64,000 nt of DNA, taken from assembly GCF_963921235.1 (NCBI RefSeq), contig NC_086101.1, forward strand, positions 46,934,001 through 46,998,000. The letters run 5' to 3'. This document shows, piece after piece, positions 12,642 through 25,195 of this stretch. The position numbers and the translations under genes were made by a program. A model generated the notes under the pieces. The model made no database searches, was not told where the DNA came from, and saw only the letters and a list, made by a program, of their open reading frames with translations. Numbering within the stretch: the stretch's first letter is position 1; every line of letters starts with the position of its first letter. This stretch comes from Mobula hypostoma. Its lineage: Eukaryota.

Positions 12642-14527
12642 CATTCATTCATTCAGGTGCCTTGCCGTTCGGCGTGGGCGATCATGTCTCTCCATCCATA
12701 AACGGTCCATGACCTTCCAAACTGTAGTTGTTGCCTCCCCTGTTTCTAACCATGATGTTATTCCATCTATCATTTTCATTCTTTGTCTGCCTCTGCTTTT
12801 TTTTTCCTTCCAGCTTTCCAGTAGTAACTAAATTTTCTAATGTCTCCCTTTCCATGATGCGTCCAAAGAATTTTAACTGCTGTTTTCTGATTTAAGTAAT
12901 GTATGTTTTGTTTTCGTTCTCTGTAGCACTTGTTCATTGGTTATCCTGTCCGTATATGATATGCATAAGCATTCTTCTGAAGAACCACATTTCTGCTGCA
13001 TTGATTCTTTTTTCCATTGCATTTGTGATGGTCTATGACTCGCAGCCATACATCAATATAGGAAGAACATAGCAGCTCAGAGTTCTAAGGCAGATGTCAA
13101 TTGCTATTTTCTTGTTCGTTGGGATGTTTCTCATTTCTGTAAATGCTGTTCTTGCCATTGGTATTCCTGCTTTTATGTCTGTTTTGCATTTGCCATCAGA
13201 TGTTACCCATGATCCAAGGTACTTGAAGTTGTGAACTTGTTTCAGGATTTCATTTCCCAATACGATCCTACAGTTTGGGATATCAGTTTTCTTTTTGTTT
13301 AAGGTTAGGTTAAGTCTTTCGCTCTCTGTGTTGATGGTAGATACTAGCTTCTGTAAATTTACTTCACTGTTTACATTAGTACCGTATCATCCGCATAGCA
13401 GAGGTTGTTGATATTGTATCCTCTTATACTTATTCTAGGTAGGTCTTGTACGGTTCTCATGATGTTTTCACTGTACAGGGAGAACAGGTCTGGTGATAGA
13501 ACACAACCCTGTCTGACTCCTCGCTTTACTGGCTGATATTCACCAATCTCGTTGTCTATCCATATGGCTGCACTTTGTTGCCAGTAAAAATACCTGATTA
13601 TTCTTAGATCTTTTCCATCGATATTAATATCTTTAAGCATTTTCATGATGACTTGGTGTTTCACTGTGTCAAAGGCTTTTGTGTAGTCAATGAAACAGAA
13701 GTATAGGTCTTGTTGTACTTCTATTGACCTTTCGGTAATATTCCTGAGAATATAAGTGGCGTTTGATGTTCCCTTGCCTTTGACAAAGCCGCACTGTTCT
13801 TCACTGATCTCTGTTTTAATTTTGTTTCTTACTCTGAGCATGATGATTGTAAGTAGAATTTTTGTGAGGTGGCTCATTAAACTAATTGTTCTGTGTTGTC
13901 CACACTCTGTTGCACCTGGTTTCTTTGGCAGTGTAATGAATACTGTCTTCAAAAGATCTTCTGGTACTTTGCCACTGTTGTATATTCTATTCAATAAGAT
14001 TGCGAAGTTCTCTACACCAAAATCTTCTAGTTCTTCATACAGTTCAACTGGAATGTTATCTGGTCCTGATGATTTCCCCTTTCATATTTTCTTCATAGCA
14101 TGTTCCACTTCTTCTTTCAGTATTGCTGGGCCCTCGTTGTTGTTGCCAATATCAAAGTTGTCCTCTCAGTCTTTGTCGTCGTATAGGTCTTTGATGCATT
14201 CCAACCATCTTTGCATTACTTTTCCTCTTTCCATAATTGTAGAGCTGTCTTTTGCTTTTATACATCCTGCTGTTGCCCCGCTTTTCTTTCGATTTGTGAC
14301 CTCTTTGATCTCGTCGTGCATATGTTTGCTGTTGTTGGTCTTCTGCAATTCTTCTATTAACTCACATTTGTCCTTAAGCTACTTTTCTTTTGCTTCCTTG
14401 TACTTGATCGTTATTTGTGCATGCAAGGATATGTAGGCTTTTTCATTTTCCTTGCATTTTCTTCTTTGTTCCATAAGATTCAGAATTTCTTCTGTCATCC
14501 ATTTCTTTTCCATTTCAATGTGGGGTA
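12642..14527 (-). mobile_element. 5'-truncated RTE-clade LINE
   Basis: RT ORF with GVRQGCVLSP and YADD; (TGAA)n 3' tail; AATTTTCCCACATT duplicated at 12628-12641 and 14528-14541. Confidence 0.92.
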
Positions 14528-15416
14528 AATTTTCCCACATTTACCCCATATCCCTTGATTCCCTTTACATCCTAAAATCTTAAATGTACGAAACCTGGCA
14601 AGAACTGTATTGTTATAACTTGATAAAAGCATTCACTATTTAAACATCTGTTCCATATGCATCATAAATGAATACGAATGACAGAGACCCCATTTCTCAG
14701 TTTTAAAAAGTAAAATACGGCAATACATTTTCCATTACTAATCTAAGGATGCTCTATAGCAAGGGTTCCCAACCCTTCTTATGCCATGGAGCCTTAGCAT
14801 TAACCGAGGGGTCTGTGGACCCCAGATAGTTTTAATTGCTTTAACAAAGTACTTGAGCTACAAAAGCATTTTAGATTTTGACTTTGTATTATCAAAAAAA
14901 AGATTTTAATTGCTCGTTATTCCAAGAGTTAACATACTTGAAAATCATTAACACTGTTTATTTAAGTAATTACTGTTACCGTCTTGTCCTGATGGTGATT
15001 ACCAAGTTCCTCATGCACCTAAAAATCATTCTTCATACACGGGATATACATTTCGCACACTTATGGATATACCACAAGTTAATGTACTATGTGACAGATG
15101 CACAGATGTCTTAAATTGGAATAAATGACACAGCTCCATAGGTCATGCACTTAAGGGTGAGTTACACATTGAACCAAAAGACGGTATTAAAAGAGGGAGT
15201 CATTATGTTAACTTTTCTCAAAGAAAATGTCTTTGGTGTGTGGACTGTGTCTAAGTTTTGGTATTCTTGATCTAATCATGTAAATGAGAAAACTGCTCAC
15301 TGTTTTGCCCTTTCTGAAAGTACATATCACATCTTACAAGCAGCATTTATATGGATTTTTATTAATACGTCAGTGGGGTTAGCCTACAGATTTTCTTCAA
15401 ACACTCCGCCTCTAAC

Positions 15417-15698
15417 TGGGGCAGCATGGTTGCATAGTGGTTAGCACAATGCTTTACAGTACAGGCGACCTAGGTTCAATTCCTGTCACTGCCTGTAAGG
15501 AGTTTATATATTCTCATCAGGACAGCAAGGGCTTCCTTGGGTTGCTCCAGTTTCCTGGCACAGTCCAAAGATGTACTGGTTGGTAGGTTACCTGATAATT
15601 GCAAATTGTCTTGTGATTAGGTCAGGATTAAATTGGAGATTGCTGGGTGGCGTGGCTCGAAGGGCTGGAAGGATCTATTCCATGCTATACCTCAATAA
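15417..15698 (+). mobile_element. tRNA-derived SINE (V-SINE/HE1-like)
   Basis: Pol III A/B-box head (TAGTGGTTAG, GGTTCAATTCC), V-domain-like core, CR1-like tail; related copies at ~37010-37192 (+) and ~24880-25020 (-). Confidence 0.7.
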
Positions 15699-15725
15699 GT
15701 AAAAATTCCATGAAGCCATACTTAC

Positions 15726-15922
15726 AAGTGAATGCAACCAAGCCATCTTCAACAGCACGCTCCTTGTTCTTTCTATCATTTGTCATCAAGATAACCTGTA
15801 CATGCACACTGCTGCTTTGTGACTTTTTAAAATGCTCATTATACCACTTCACTGCTACTCGTATTGCTCGATCATTTCTGTCATTTGCACCTTCACCTTG
15901 TTCTTGTTCTATGTAGGTATCT
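15726..15922 (-). CDS. DIS3: DIS3 exon 3 (PIN catalytic motifs NDRNDRAIR, TND)
   Basis: DTYIEQEQGEGANDRNDRAIRVAVKWYNEH...LMTNDRKNKERAVEDGLVAFT; AG/GTAAG boundaries; 197 nt. Confidence 0.96.
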
Positions 15923-16131
15923 CTATAAAGGAACAAGACACATGTTAGAGATTTTAAAACAGATTCATATTCAATTTTTATTAGCCTATCTGCTTGTTGG
16001 AACAGTGGACTTATCAGAAATAGCAGTGGGAATTTTTTACTTAATGCAGTATATGAAAACCATATACCTAGAACAGAAGCACATCAATACGTGCCAATTG
16101 TTAGTAACTCATATCAAATTTCATGTAACCA

Positions 16132-16625
16132 CACACTCAATGACCATTTTATTAGGCACACCTTTCTGTTAATTCAAATACCTAATCAGCCAATCAAGTG
16201 GCAGCAACATAATGCATAAAACCACCTAGACATGGTCAAGAGGTTCAGTTGTTGTTCAGACCAAACCATCAGAATATGGAAGAAATGTGATCCAAGTGAC
16301 TTTGACCATGGAATGATTGTTGGTGCTAGACAGGGTGGTTTGAGTATCTCAGAAACTGGGATTTTCATGCACAATATTCTCTAGTTTACAAAGAATGGTA
16401 CGAGGAACAAAAAACATCAAATGAGAAGCAGTATTGAGGGCAAAAGTTAATGAGATGTCGAAGAATGACCAGATGATTCAAGCTGACTGGAAGGCAACAG
16501 TAACTCAAATAATCATGATTTACAATAGTGGTTTGCAGAAGGCCATGAACTTTTCAAATGGATGGGCTACAGCAGCAGAAAACCACGAACGTACTCCCTC
16601 TACCTAATAAAGTGGTCACTGTGTG
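16132..16625. mobile_element. Non-autonomous Tc1-like element
   Basis: Imperfect TIRs CACTCAATGACCATTTTATTAGG / CCTAATAAAGTGGTCACTGTGTG, right end followed by TA. Confidence 0.7.
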
Positions 16626-17659
16626 TATGGACTGTGGAACGTGATAATATCACTTCAGGATGTTTTTTCTTCTGAAATTTAACATTGTGATTCAACAAAG
16701 CTTGTGGTTTAGTGGGGTAACTTTATTCAGTCTGCAACACTGATATTATATTGACACACATTGATGCCAAAATAATCCAAAAGCAAACATTACTCTGAAG
16801 TAATTATTATAAAGCAAGTAGGATTAGATTAAGAGAGCATATCTGAGAATTTCTCTTCTGAAAACGTTGCCCTCACGAATGGTGGGCACAATACATATAT
16901 CAACAGAAATATTGAGACAAATGTGACTGCAGATGCTTGAAATCTGGAGCAACACACAAGCACTGAAGCAAGAGCTGAAAATCCAAAATATCGTCCGTTG
17001 ACACTGCCTGATCCATTGAGTTCCTCCAGTATGTCGCTTCAACAGCAGTAGTGTTTCAATGAATTATGGATAGAGGTAGAGGGGAAGGTAGGTGAAGAGA
17101 AGAATGAAGGAAGGAAAGTGGGAAGATTAAGCAGTATTCTTTAATTCCAACATGAGCCATCAGCAAAAATCCATACAGTGACTTCCATAGGCAGTATATT
17201 TGTGGAACAGATAGTGTTGCTCTCACTGATCCAGCAGCTAAGATTCAATCTTGAACTCTAGTGCTGTGTGCGTGGAGTTAGCACATTTGCCCTCCCATAG
17301 TGTGAGTTTCATTTGAGTGCTCTGATATAGTAAAAGAACTGGGTTAGAGAAAGCAATGAGAAGATTACACTGCTCTGACAGCTGGTATAGACTCAGTGGG
17401 CTGAATGGCTTCCTTCTGTATAACAAAAATAATATAACCGCATCTAAAGGTAGTTGGATTATCATCTTTTGAGAATTACAAGGATCAAATGGGAATAAAC
17501 TCCGCGTATGTTCCCAATGAACCATTCTGTACAGGAAATTAGGTGGTTACTTTTAACATTGCTTCATGCTATTTTATTTATTACAGACATGAAAATGCCA
17601 GATTTGCAATATAGTTGGCTATTTATATCTAAACATTATTTATAATTAATATTTCTTAC

Positions 17660-17817
17660 TTGTGATGTTCATTTGTAAAAGTATAAAAATGTTTTTCAGG
17701 GTTGTTAATCACATCCTTAATTCTTTTGTACACTGGAGCACTTCGATGTCTGACTTCCTGTAACACGGTCTGCAAGATTATCACATTCTGGATTGCAGGA
17801 TCTTCAAGGATATCAAT
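17660..17817 (-). CDS. DIS3: DIS3 exon 2 (PIN domain)
   Basis: Not in ORF track; translated by hand IDILEDPAIQNVIILQTVLQEVRHRSAPVYKRIKDVINNPEKHFYTFTNEHH(K); AG/GT boundaries; 158 nt, phase fits exon 3. Confidence 0.96.
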
Positions 17818-20396
17818 CTAAAAGCAATTTAAGATAAAAATAATAATGGAACAGTTCTGTATTAAATGTAGCCATAACCATCCCAAATACACAGGTACAG
17901 CTCCAAAAGAACTATTATGGAGCCACTGAAAACATAGGTGTTTATATACCAGCAGGTTCATATCGAGAACATATATATTCATATGAACAAAATGAACAGT
18001 CATATGCAATGTATGGCCTACGTTACTGCTGTCCAAATAGAGAAATCTGTCCCTACGAATTTCACAAATCACTACCACAAAATATGTTACACAAAAAGAC
18101 ATAAAATTTTGTACAAAATGTCTATGGAGAACTGAACTAGTTTAGCAGGGACGATGATGTAGGCTGTGAGTTCACAGTGGGAGGCAACTTAAAGAAACTT
18201 CTTTGAAAAACTGACAGGGCAGTCTCTTCTATTGATAATTATAACACAATTTATGGCCTCAATTTTGTTCTGACTGCAGATGCTTCCTTTACTGTTTGTA
18301 CGATTCATTTTTTAAAAATCTCTGCTCATTGGGTGTTGGTCTTTTCTTTAAATTGGATTCTTTCGAGTTTCTTGTTTTGTGGCTGCCTGTAAGCAGATGA
18401 ATCTCAAGATTGTATAATTTATACATACTTTGATGATAAATGTACTTTGAACTTTTAAACTTTGTCTCTTCTACACATTTCTGGAAGTTCATTCTGACAA
18501 AGAATTCCATTTCAAATGGAAGAAACAGGAGACTAGAAATACTGCAAATCTGAAAAGCAGATTAGTAGCACCTGTGGGAAAAAAAAGTGCAGTGCCCAGG
18601 ACCTTGGCCCAAATGCCAACTATTTATTCTTTTCCCTTGATGCTGCCTGGCCTGCTGAGTTCCGCCAGCATTCTGTTTGTGTTGCTTTGGATATCCAACA
18701 TCTAGACTTTCTCGTGTTTATGACTGTAGCCAGCCAAATGTTCAGATTACACTTTCGCTTTCCACAGATGCTGCCTGCACTGGGAGTTTGTAGTATTTTG
18801 TTTTCATTCCAGTGTCCAACCACTTACTCTATAACATTTTCAATTTTGATTCCAGATATCCATCGACTGAAGTTTTGACTTTTTTTTATTATTATTCAAT
18901 TCACTTCCAGAAAACTCATTCACTCCTCTATCCAAGGCCCAAAATATTGATATAATCAACAAAAAAGGCACACCAGAGGCTATACTTCTTTAGGAGTTTG
19001 AGATTTGGTAGGTCAAATTTCTATAGATGTACCATAGAGAGCATTTTGACTAGTTACATTAACATCTGGTATGGAGGCTCCAATGCAAAGGATCAAAAGA
19101 GACTGGAAGGGTTATAAATATAACCAGCTCCACCACCAGCAAATCCCTCCCCACAAATGAGAAACTCAGAAGTTGGCATCTATCATTAAAGACCTTCACC
19201 ATTCAGGACATGCCCTCTTTTCATTATCACCATCAAAAGGAGGTACAGAAGTCTGAAGACCCACACTCAGAAACAGCTCCTTCAGCTCTTCCATTAGATT
19301 TCTATACAGTCCTCACTATTCCTCTTTTGTTTTTTTATGTCTTACTTTGCACTACCACAGAACAAATTTCAGAATATATGTCAGTGATTCTGATTCTGAG
19401 AAACACATTCTTCCTCCTTGCCTAATGAAGGATCTTAGCCCAAAATGTCAACTGTTCATTTTCCTCCAAAGATGTTGCTTGACCTGCTGAGTTCCTCCAG
19501 TGTTTTATGTGTGTTGATCCAGATCTCCATCATCTGCAGTCTCTTGTGAGTTTCCATCCACTATCAGTTTTCAGAATGGTATATTAACTCATGAACACTG
19601 CCTTGTTATTCCTTTTTTTTGCATTATTTAGGTTTTTTGCAATTTACAGTAACATAGGTCTTCTGCATAATCCTGGTTAATCAGATTGTTGCTTTCAATG
19701 GCACTTTCTCTCTGATCCCTGTAGCCCAATTCCCCTGTTCATATATTCAATGACACAGCCTTAACAACTCTCTGTAATGGAGAATTCCAATTTTGACAGG
19801 GTATCTACAATTAAAGGCCATAGGTTGAAGAGGAGAGGGGAAAGATTTAAAGGGGACCTTCCCCCAGGGGTGGTGGGAACATAGAAAAAGTTGATAGATG
19901 TAGAGATACTGGTGGGTACAATTACAGCAGTTTAAAAGACAATTCCTGATCTCCCATTTCACTCGTCTACCTGCACTGCACTCTCTGCAGATGAAACACA
20001 ATAATCTGAATTGTTTTCTTTTTTACTACCTCAATGTATTTATGCATGGCATGAGCTGATTGGATGACACACAAATCAAATGGTTTTCACTGTATTTTGG
20101 ACATAGAGTTATCGACTAATGCAGCATAGAAACAGGCCCAACTTGTCCAAGCCAACCAGAGGGTCCACCAAGCTGGTTTCATTTGCTCAAATCATCCCTC
20201 TAAACCTTTTTCTATCCAGGTATCTGCCTCAACCACACCTTTGGCACCTATTTCCAAATACAGACCACCCTATGTGAAGAAGTTGCCTCTTCGGTCCCTT
20301 TTAACTCTTTCTTCTCTCATGTCAAACCTAGGCCCTTTAGTTTTAGCTCCCCTTCCCTGGGAGAAAAAACTGTGCATTCACCCTATATGTACCCTT

Positions 20397-20591
20397 GGGG
20401 TGTATGGGGTATCAGGGAGGGGTAGCACCTCTGGTGGGGGAGCATGTCGCGTCCTTTTCAGGGTGGCTTGTCCACCTTTGGTCCCCACCTGGCACTCAGC
20501 TCTCACCTGTGGCTCCCCGTAGCTGTTTGCATGCGACAGCAGCCACACCCCGGGCAATGGCTTCGACAAGCCGGCTAAACCAGGTGAGGGT
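20397..20591 (+). ncRNA. HDV-like self-cleaving ribozyme (predicted)
   Basis: P1 GGGGTGT/ACACCCC, P2 CTCACCT-GT/AC-c-AGGTGAG, P3 GGC/GCC, P1.1 CC/GG, GGGCAA junction, P4 GGCTT/AAGCC, J4/2 GG-C-TAA; G+1 coincides with the element 5' end. Confidence 0.75.
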
Positions 20592-20957
20592 AGCTGACGG
20601 GTCTCAAACCCTCGGTGAGATAGGGAGTTGTCTATCCCAGCATGTGAAGACAGACTCCGGCGGACTGAGCAGACGAGACCAATAGAAGGTCCAACGGTCA
20701 AGAAGGCGGTCTCTGCAAGCGTTGTGGAACGTGTAGAGCAGAACAAGACACAGAAGATGTCCTGGTCATCCACTGCGCCTAGTCCCATCTCCAGCCGTCT
20801 CGACTCTTGTCTTGCTGCTGGATCCAGATGGGAATTGGGAAGAGAGAGTGAGGCTGACGCTGCGCAACTCTCCCTCACTTAAATCCAAATCAAGCGCTGG
20901 TCTCGACACCATCATAATGTTGTCGAGGTCTTCATCGACGACAACGATGGACGAACA
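20397..20957 (+). mobile_element. Non-autonomous RTE-type retroposon (~560 bp) inserted into a CR1 fragment
   Basis: ACCCTT duplication (20391-20396 / 20958-20963); CpG-rich; 3' hairpin CATCG-N7-CGATGGAC resembles the 3' end of the RTE LINE at ~38380-38400 (CATCG-N5-CGATGGAC). Confidence 0.75.
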
Positions 20958-22501
20958 ACCCTTCATGATTTTATATTTCTGTAAAATCTCTTTAGCCAAA
21001 GGGTGGTGAATTATTCTCACAGATGGCTGTGGAGGCCAAGATGTTGGGTATATTTAAAGTGAAAATTGATAGGTTCTTAATTATCAAGGGCATCGAAGGT
21101 TTCAGAGAGAAAGCAGCAGAATGGAGTTCAGAGGGATTTGGCATATCATCTGAAACATTGACAAACTTTTTTAGATCGTCCGTTATCAAGGTTCCTCACC
21201 ACCCAGGCAATGATGTCTTCTTGCTGCTGCCATCAGGAAGAAGTCAAAGGAGCCTCAGGACCCGCACCACCAGGTTCACCCACAGTTATTACCCCTCAAC
21301 TATCAGGCTCTTGAAACCAGAGGGGATAACTTGACTCACCCCACCACTGAACTGTTTCCACAATCTATGGACTCACTTTCAAGGATTCTTCATCTCACGT
21401 TGTCAATATTTATTGTTTATTTATTTATTTATTTTTTTCTGTTTTGTATTTGCAGTTTGTTTTTTTTTGCACATTGGTTATTCGTTCAAACTGTTAGGTG
21501 CAGTCTATTACTGATTCTATTGTGCTTCTTGTATGTACTGTGAATACCTGCAAGAAAATGAATCTTAGAGTTATATATGACATGTATGTATGTCAATAAA
21601 TTTACTTTGAACTTTTGAATTGTGAAATCAGCCACCATGGAATGGAGGAACAGACTCAAAGGTGCAGAATAGCTTATTTCTGCTTCTATGTCTCCCCTGA
21701 ATCTCATACATTCCAAGGTATAAAGTCCCAGCCTTCTCCATATAACTCAAGTCCTGATAACATCCTCGTACATTTCAGCAAGTCCAGCAGCATCTATGGA
21801 CGGGAACAAGTAATCCATGTTTTGGGCCAAGACCAAGAAACAGTGCTGTGAAGGCCCACAGCCCAAAACGTCAACTATTTGTTCCATCCCATAGATGCTG
21901 CCTGACTTGATGAGGTCCTCCAGCATTTTGTGTTGCTCAAAATTTGTAGTATCTCCAGAATCTCTTGCATTCTTGTTAAGTCTTTGCACTCCTCAGTTTA
22001 ATGATGCCTTTTCTTTTATTGAGCTGACCCAAACTAGACACAAAACTCCAAAAGCAGTTTCACCACAATAATAAACCAAAACAGGATAGGAAAAGGCAGT
22101 TTTAAAGTGAGAGGGGAAAGCTCTAAAAGGGAATTCAAGGGTAACTTTTCCACAGAGGGTAGTGGGTATATCCAATGAGCTGCCAGGGGAGACTGTACCA
22201 ACACATACACAATGCTGGAGGAACTCTGCGTGTTAGATACTGTCTACGGTTGAGTTTTCGGGCCGAGCTCTTCATTAAAATGCTTTAGATGTAGGTAAAA
22301 TTACAACTTAAAACTGGACAGGCACATGGATAGGAAAGGTTTAGAGGGAATACGGGCAAATGGGACTGGCTTGCATGGACATCTTTGGTCAGCATGGATC
22401 AGTTGGCATAGACCTGTTTTACTGCAGTTTGACTGCCCGCCTTCAGCCTCCTCACCATTCCTCGATCCCCACACCCCCTCGCACAGCAACGCCATCTCTA
22501 C

Positions 22502-22723
22502 CTGATGAAGCACCACGTTGGTGTCGGGAAGTAGGAAGTGGGGCTGCGGGCACAACTCGCTACTGCTGCAGGGCTCGTCGCTGAGGGAGGCCGAGGCCTG
22601 GGCCTCGCACTCCTCGCACGGCCGCCAGCCGCACAAGATATCATCGCGCAGGTAATGCTCGCGCACGATCTTCAGTACTCCCCCAGACCGCGTCTTCTTA
22701 ACGAAGGTTTTGGTTTTTAACAT
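22502..22723 (-). CDS. DIS3: DIS3/RRP44 exosome nuclease, coding exon 1 (CR3 Cys motif, start of PIN domain)
   Basis: ATG at 22723; MLKTKTFVKKTRSGGVLKIVREHYLRDDILCG...LPDTNVVLHQ is the DIS3 N-terminus; GT donor at 22501-22500; 222 nt. Confidence 0.97.
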
Positions 22724-22862
22724 TTATTCTTCTGTTCCAGTCCTCAATAAAAAGAACAAATCGAAAATTTAATACTTAAAAATAACGCTGCACGCATGCA
22801 CCCACTGGGCAGCCAACGGAAGGAAAGAACAGTTTGCGTTTACTCGTTCAGCTCCAGTGTAC

Positions 22863-23035
22863 AGGGGGCGCTGTGCTGCGAAGCCGTCCTCCCAGTAGGG
22901 GGCGCTGTGGGTTGGCAGTCCTCCCGAGCGGGGGGGCGCTGTGGGTTGGCGGTCCTCCGGAGCAGGGGACGCTGTGGGTTGGCGGTCCTCCCGAGCGGGG
23001 GACGCTGTGGGTTGGCGGTCCTCCGGAGCAGGGAA
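22863..23035 (+). repeat. GC-rich minisatellite, ~5.2 copies of a 33-34 bp unit with CTCF-like core
   Basis: Units start ~22863, 22897, 22931, 22964, 22997 and 23030 (partial); consensus RGGGGRCGCTGTGGGTTGGCGGTCCTCCSGAGC. Confidence 0.9.
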
Positions 23036-25195
23036 GGCTGCTGTGTTCCCGTAGAGAGGACGCGGTCCTCCAAGCCGGGAGGGGTGCTGTCGATCTCTGT
23101 CTGATGGCGATTACCGGGGTTCTGTTGGTGGCGGGTAAGTCCTGGTGTCCGGCGGCATTTTCAATTTGCTGTAGTTGGCAAGGACTGAGCTTCGGTCGTG
23201 CGCTCGGTAAGTCGGCGTAGGAGCTTAGGGAGCGAATGGTGGGAGCCTCTGGAAAGGAGTCACCGGGATGGCAAACGTTGCTGAGGGCTTGTGCTGTAAC
23301 TGACAGCTGAAGGCCAACCGTGTTAGCAGTTCTAACGAGAGGAGGTGTCCACAATTGTACGTACACTAGGTGACATGAAAGAAACAATAGGGGAAAACTG
23401 GAAAGAGCAGATTGTAAATCAGTAAAGCCGAAAAATTTTGTGGGGATATCTGAATTTAGAATGGGAAGGAGAAGGGTAATAAAACTCTGGATTTCCAGCA
23501 TCTGCAGACTTTCTTATGTTTGTAACAAACTATTTCACTGTAGTTTATCTGCTCCGCACTTCATAGCTGCAACTGTTTTCCTTTTACTTCTAGAATGTAC
23601 TTTCTATGACATGATCTGCCTGAAGGACAGGGAAGTAGTTTTTTTTTACTGTATTTTGGTAAACATGACAGTAAATCAATATCACCTCTGTTAAAAAATG
23701 TTAATTTAAATAAGCATAAGGGTAGGAAATAGTTGGATATTATAAAAGATGTCAAAGAGTTTTGGAATTCCTTGCATTAACACCATTCCTCCCCTTCGTA
23801 TGAATATTCTTTAAGGTCTGTGACTGCCTTTTTATGATATGCCTAATGTCTGGCCTGATATCAAAATAGGTTTGGTGTTTCATTATTTTGTATTAAAGAT
23901 GTTCTAGAAATGCCATGTGGAATGAAAGTTGACCTGACAAAGTTTAAAGCATAGCAAAACACAGAGAAATAACACATAGGGGAAAACAAGAAATGGACAA
24001 AAGGGCTAAAATCATAAATCCAAGAACAAAAACAATAATTGTTAGAAAAGGAAGAGCAATAACAACATGTAGTATCCTCAGGGTAATAGGGCATCATGAC
24101 CTGCTTCAGCAAGTTTAATACTGAGTGAAATGTAAAGATGGTCTAAATAATAAAGTAGGCTTTATGGAGATTTTTAAATGTGGAGAAGCAGAAACAATGA
24201 TAATTTTAGATTTTTGAAAATTAGAGGTGAAGTGATATGTGTCAGTAAGGGTAGTGGCATTCAGATAGCAGATCTGCCACAAACTTACTGAATGTTAGAG
24301 CAGAAATGAAGGACTGATTCTAGTGCTTAATTCTTTCTCCAATCCAAAACATAGCTACCAATGGAGAAGGGAAAAAAAAATTGGGAAGCACACAAGAACG
24401 TAAATAGTAGGAGTTGGACCTTCAGGTCTGCATCACACTTCAGTAGAATCATGATTGATCTACGTTATGTTTTTCTGTTTGCTACATTATGTTCCTTTTC
24501 TCAGAATCTTTTATCATTTATTTCCTCTGTGTAAGATACTCTTTAAAACCTGTATTTCTTTTTGACGCAGAATATGGACAATAGGAACCAGGTTGGCTTT
24601 TTAAAGTGCTAGTGTAGAATTGGTGAGCTGATTGCCCTCTTTCCGATCTACATTGGTAGAAGAGATCTACACTGTCACTCACCCACACATTAGGATACAC
24701 TTTGGGATGAGGGGAGGAATCCCACTCATCACAGGAAGAGCATCCAAACTCATTAGCTACTCTATTAGATGCTCCAGTCTGATCCAGTGTTTATTTTTTG
24801 TGAACAGAGCTTAGGTTTAGTTGGCACGTATACATTGAAACATCATAACGTACAGTGAAGTATTGTCATTTGAAATGTACAGAAATATGTCTTTTTGGAA
24901 TGTGGGGGGAAAAGGAGCAAGCACATGCAGTCACAGGATGAATTTACTAAACTCCTTGCAGGCAGCGGTGGGAATTGAACCCCAACCTTCCAAAAGCTGG
25001 TACTGTAAAACATTACGCTATATTTGAATTTGATTCCTGTAACATTTTACAATCTGTCATCAAAGTAACAGCTTGTGATGATATGCCTATCACACAGTTG
25101 TCAAGCATTGAGCCCCTCCCACAGTGGAGACACCGTCATCAAATCCCTAATGATAAGCATCTTGGGTGTAACTGGTAACATCTTGTGTAACCAAC

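Larger units (their letters stand above)
22430..23290. promoter_or_regulatory. CpG island / bidirectional DIS3-PIBF1 promoter with probable non-coding PIBF1 exon 1
   Basis: GC- and CpG-rich stretch in an AT-rich, CpG-poor background; covers the DIS3 ATG and two plus-strand G|GTAAGT donors (GT at 23135 and 23207). Confidence 0.8.

Noticed and set aside
15417-15495. tRNA-like sequence with A and B boxes
   Set aside because: It is the head of a SINE; no proper acceptor stem or Pol III terminator, and it continues into SINE core and tail.
20378-20882. 166-aa and other ORFs in the GC-rich retroposon
   Set aside because: No protein motifs; better explained as structured non-coding RNA.
22863-23035. 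Regularly spaced ~33-bp repeats resembling a CRISPR array
   Set aside because: Units are contiguous with no unique spacers, there are no cas genes, and the context is a vertebrate promoter.
22796-23501. Several 100-217 aa ORFs over the promoter
   Set aside because: By-product of a GC-rich, stop-poor 33-bp repeat; repetitive translations with no recognisable domain.
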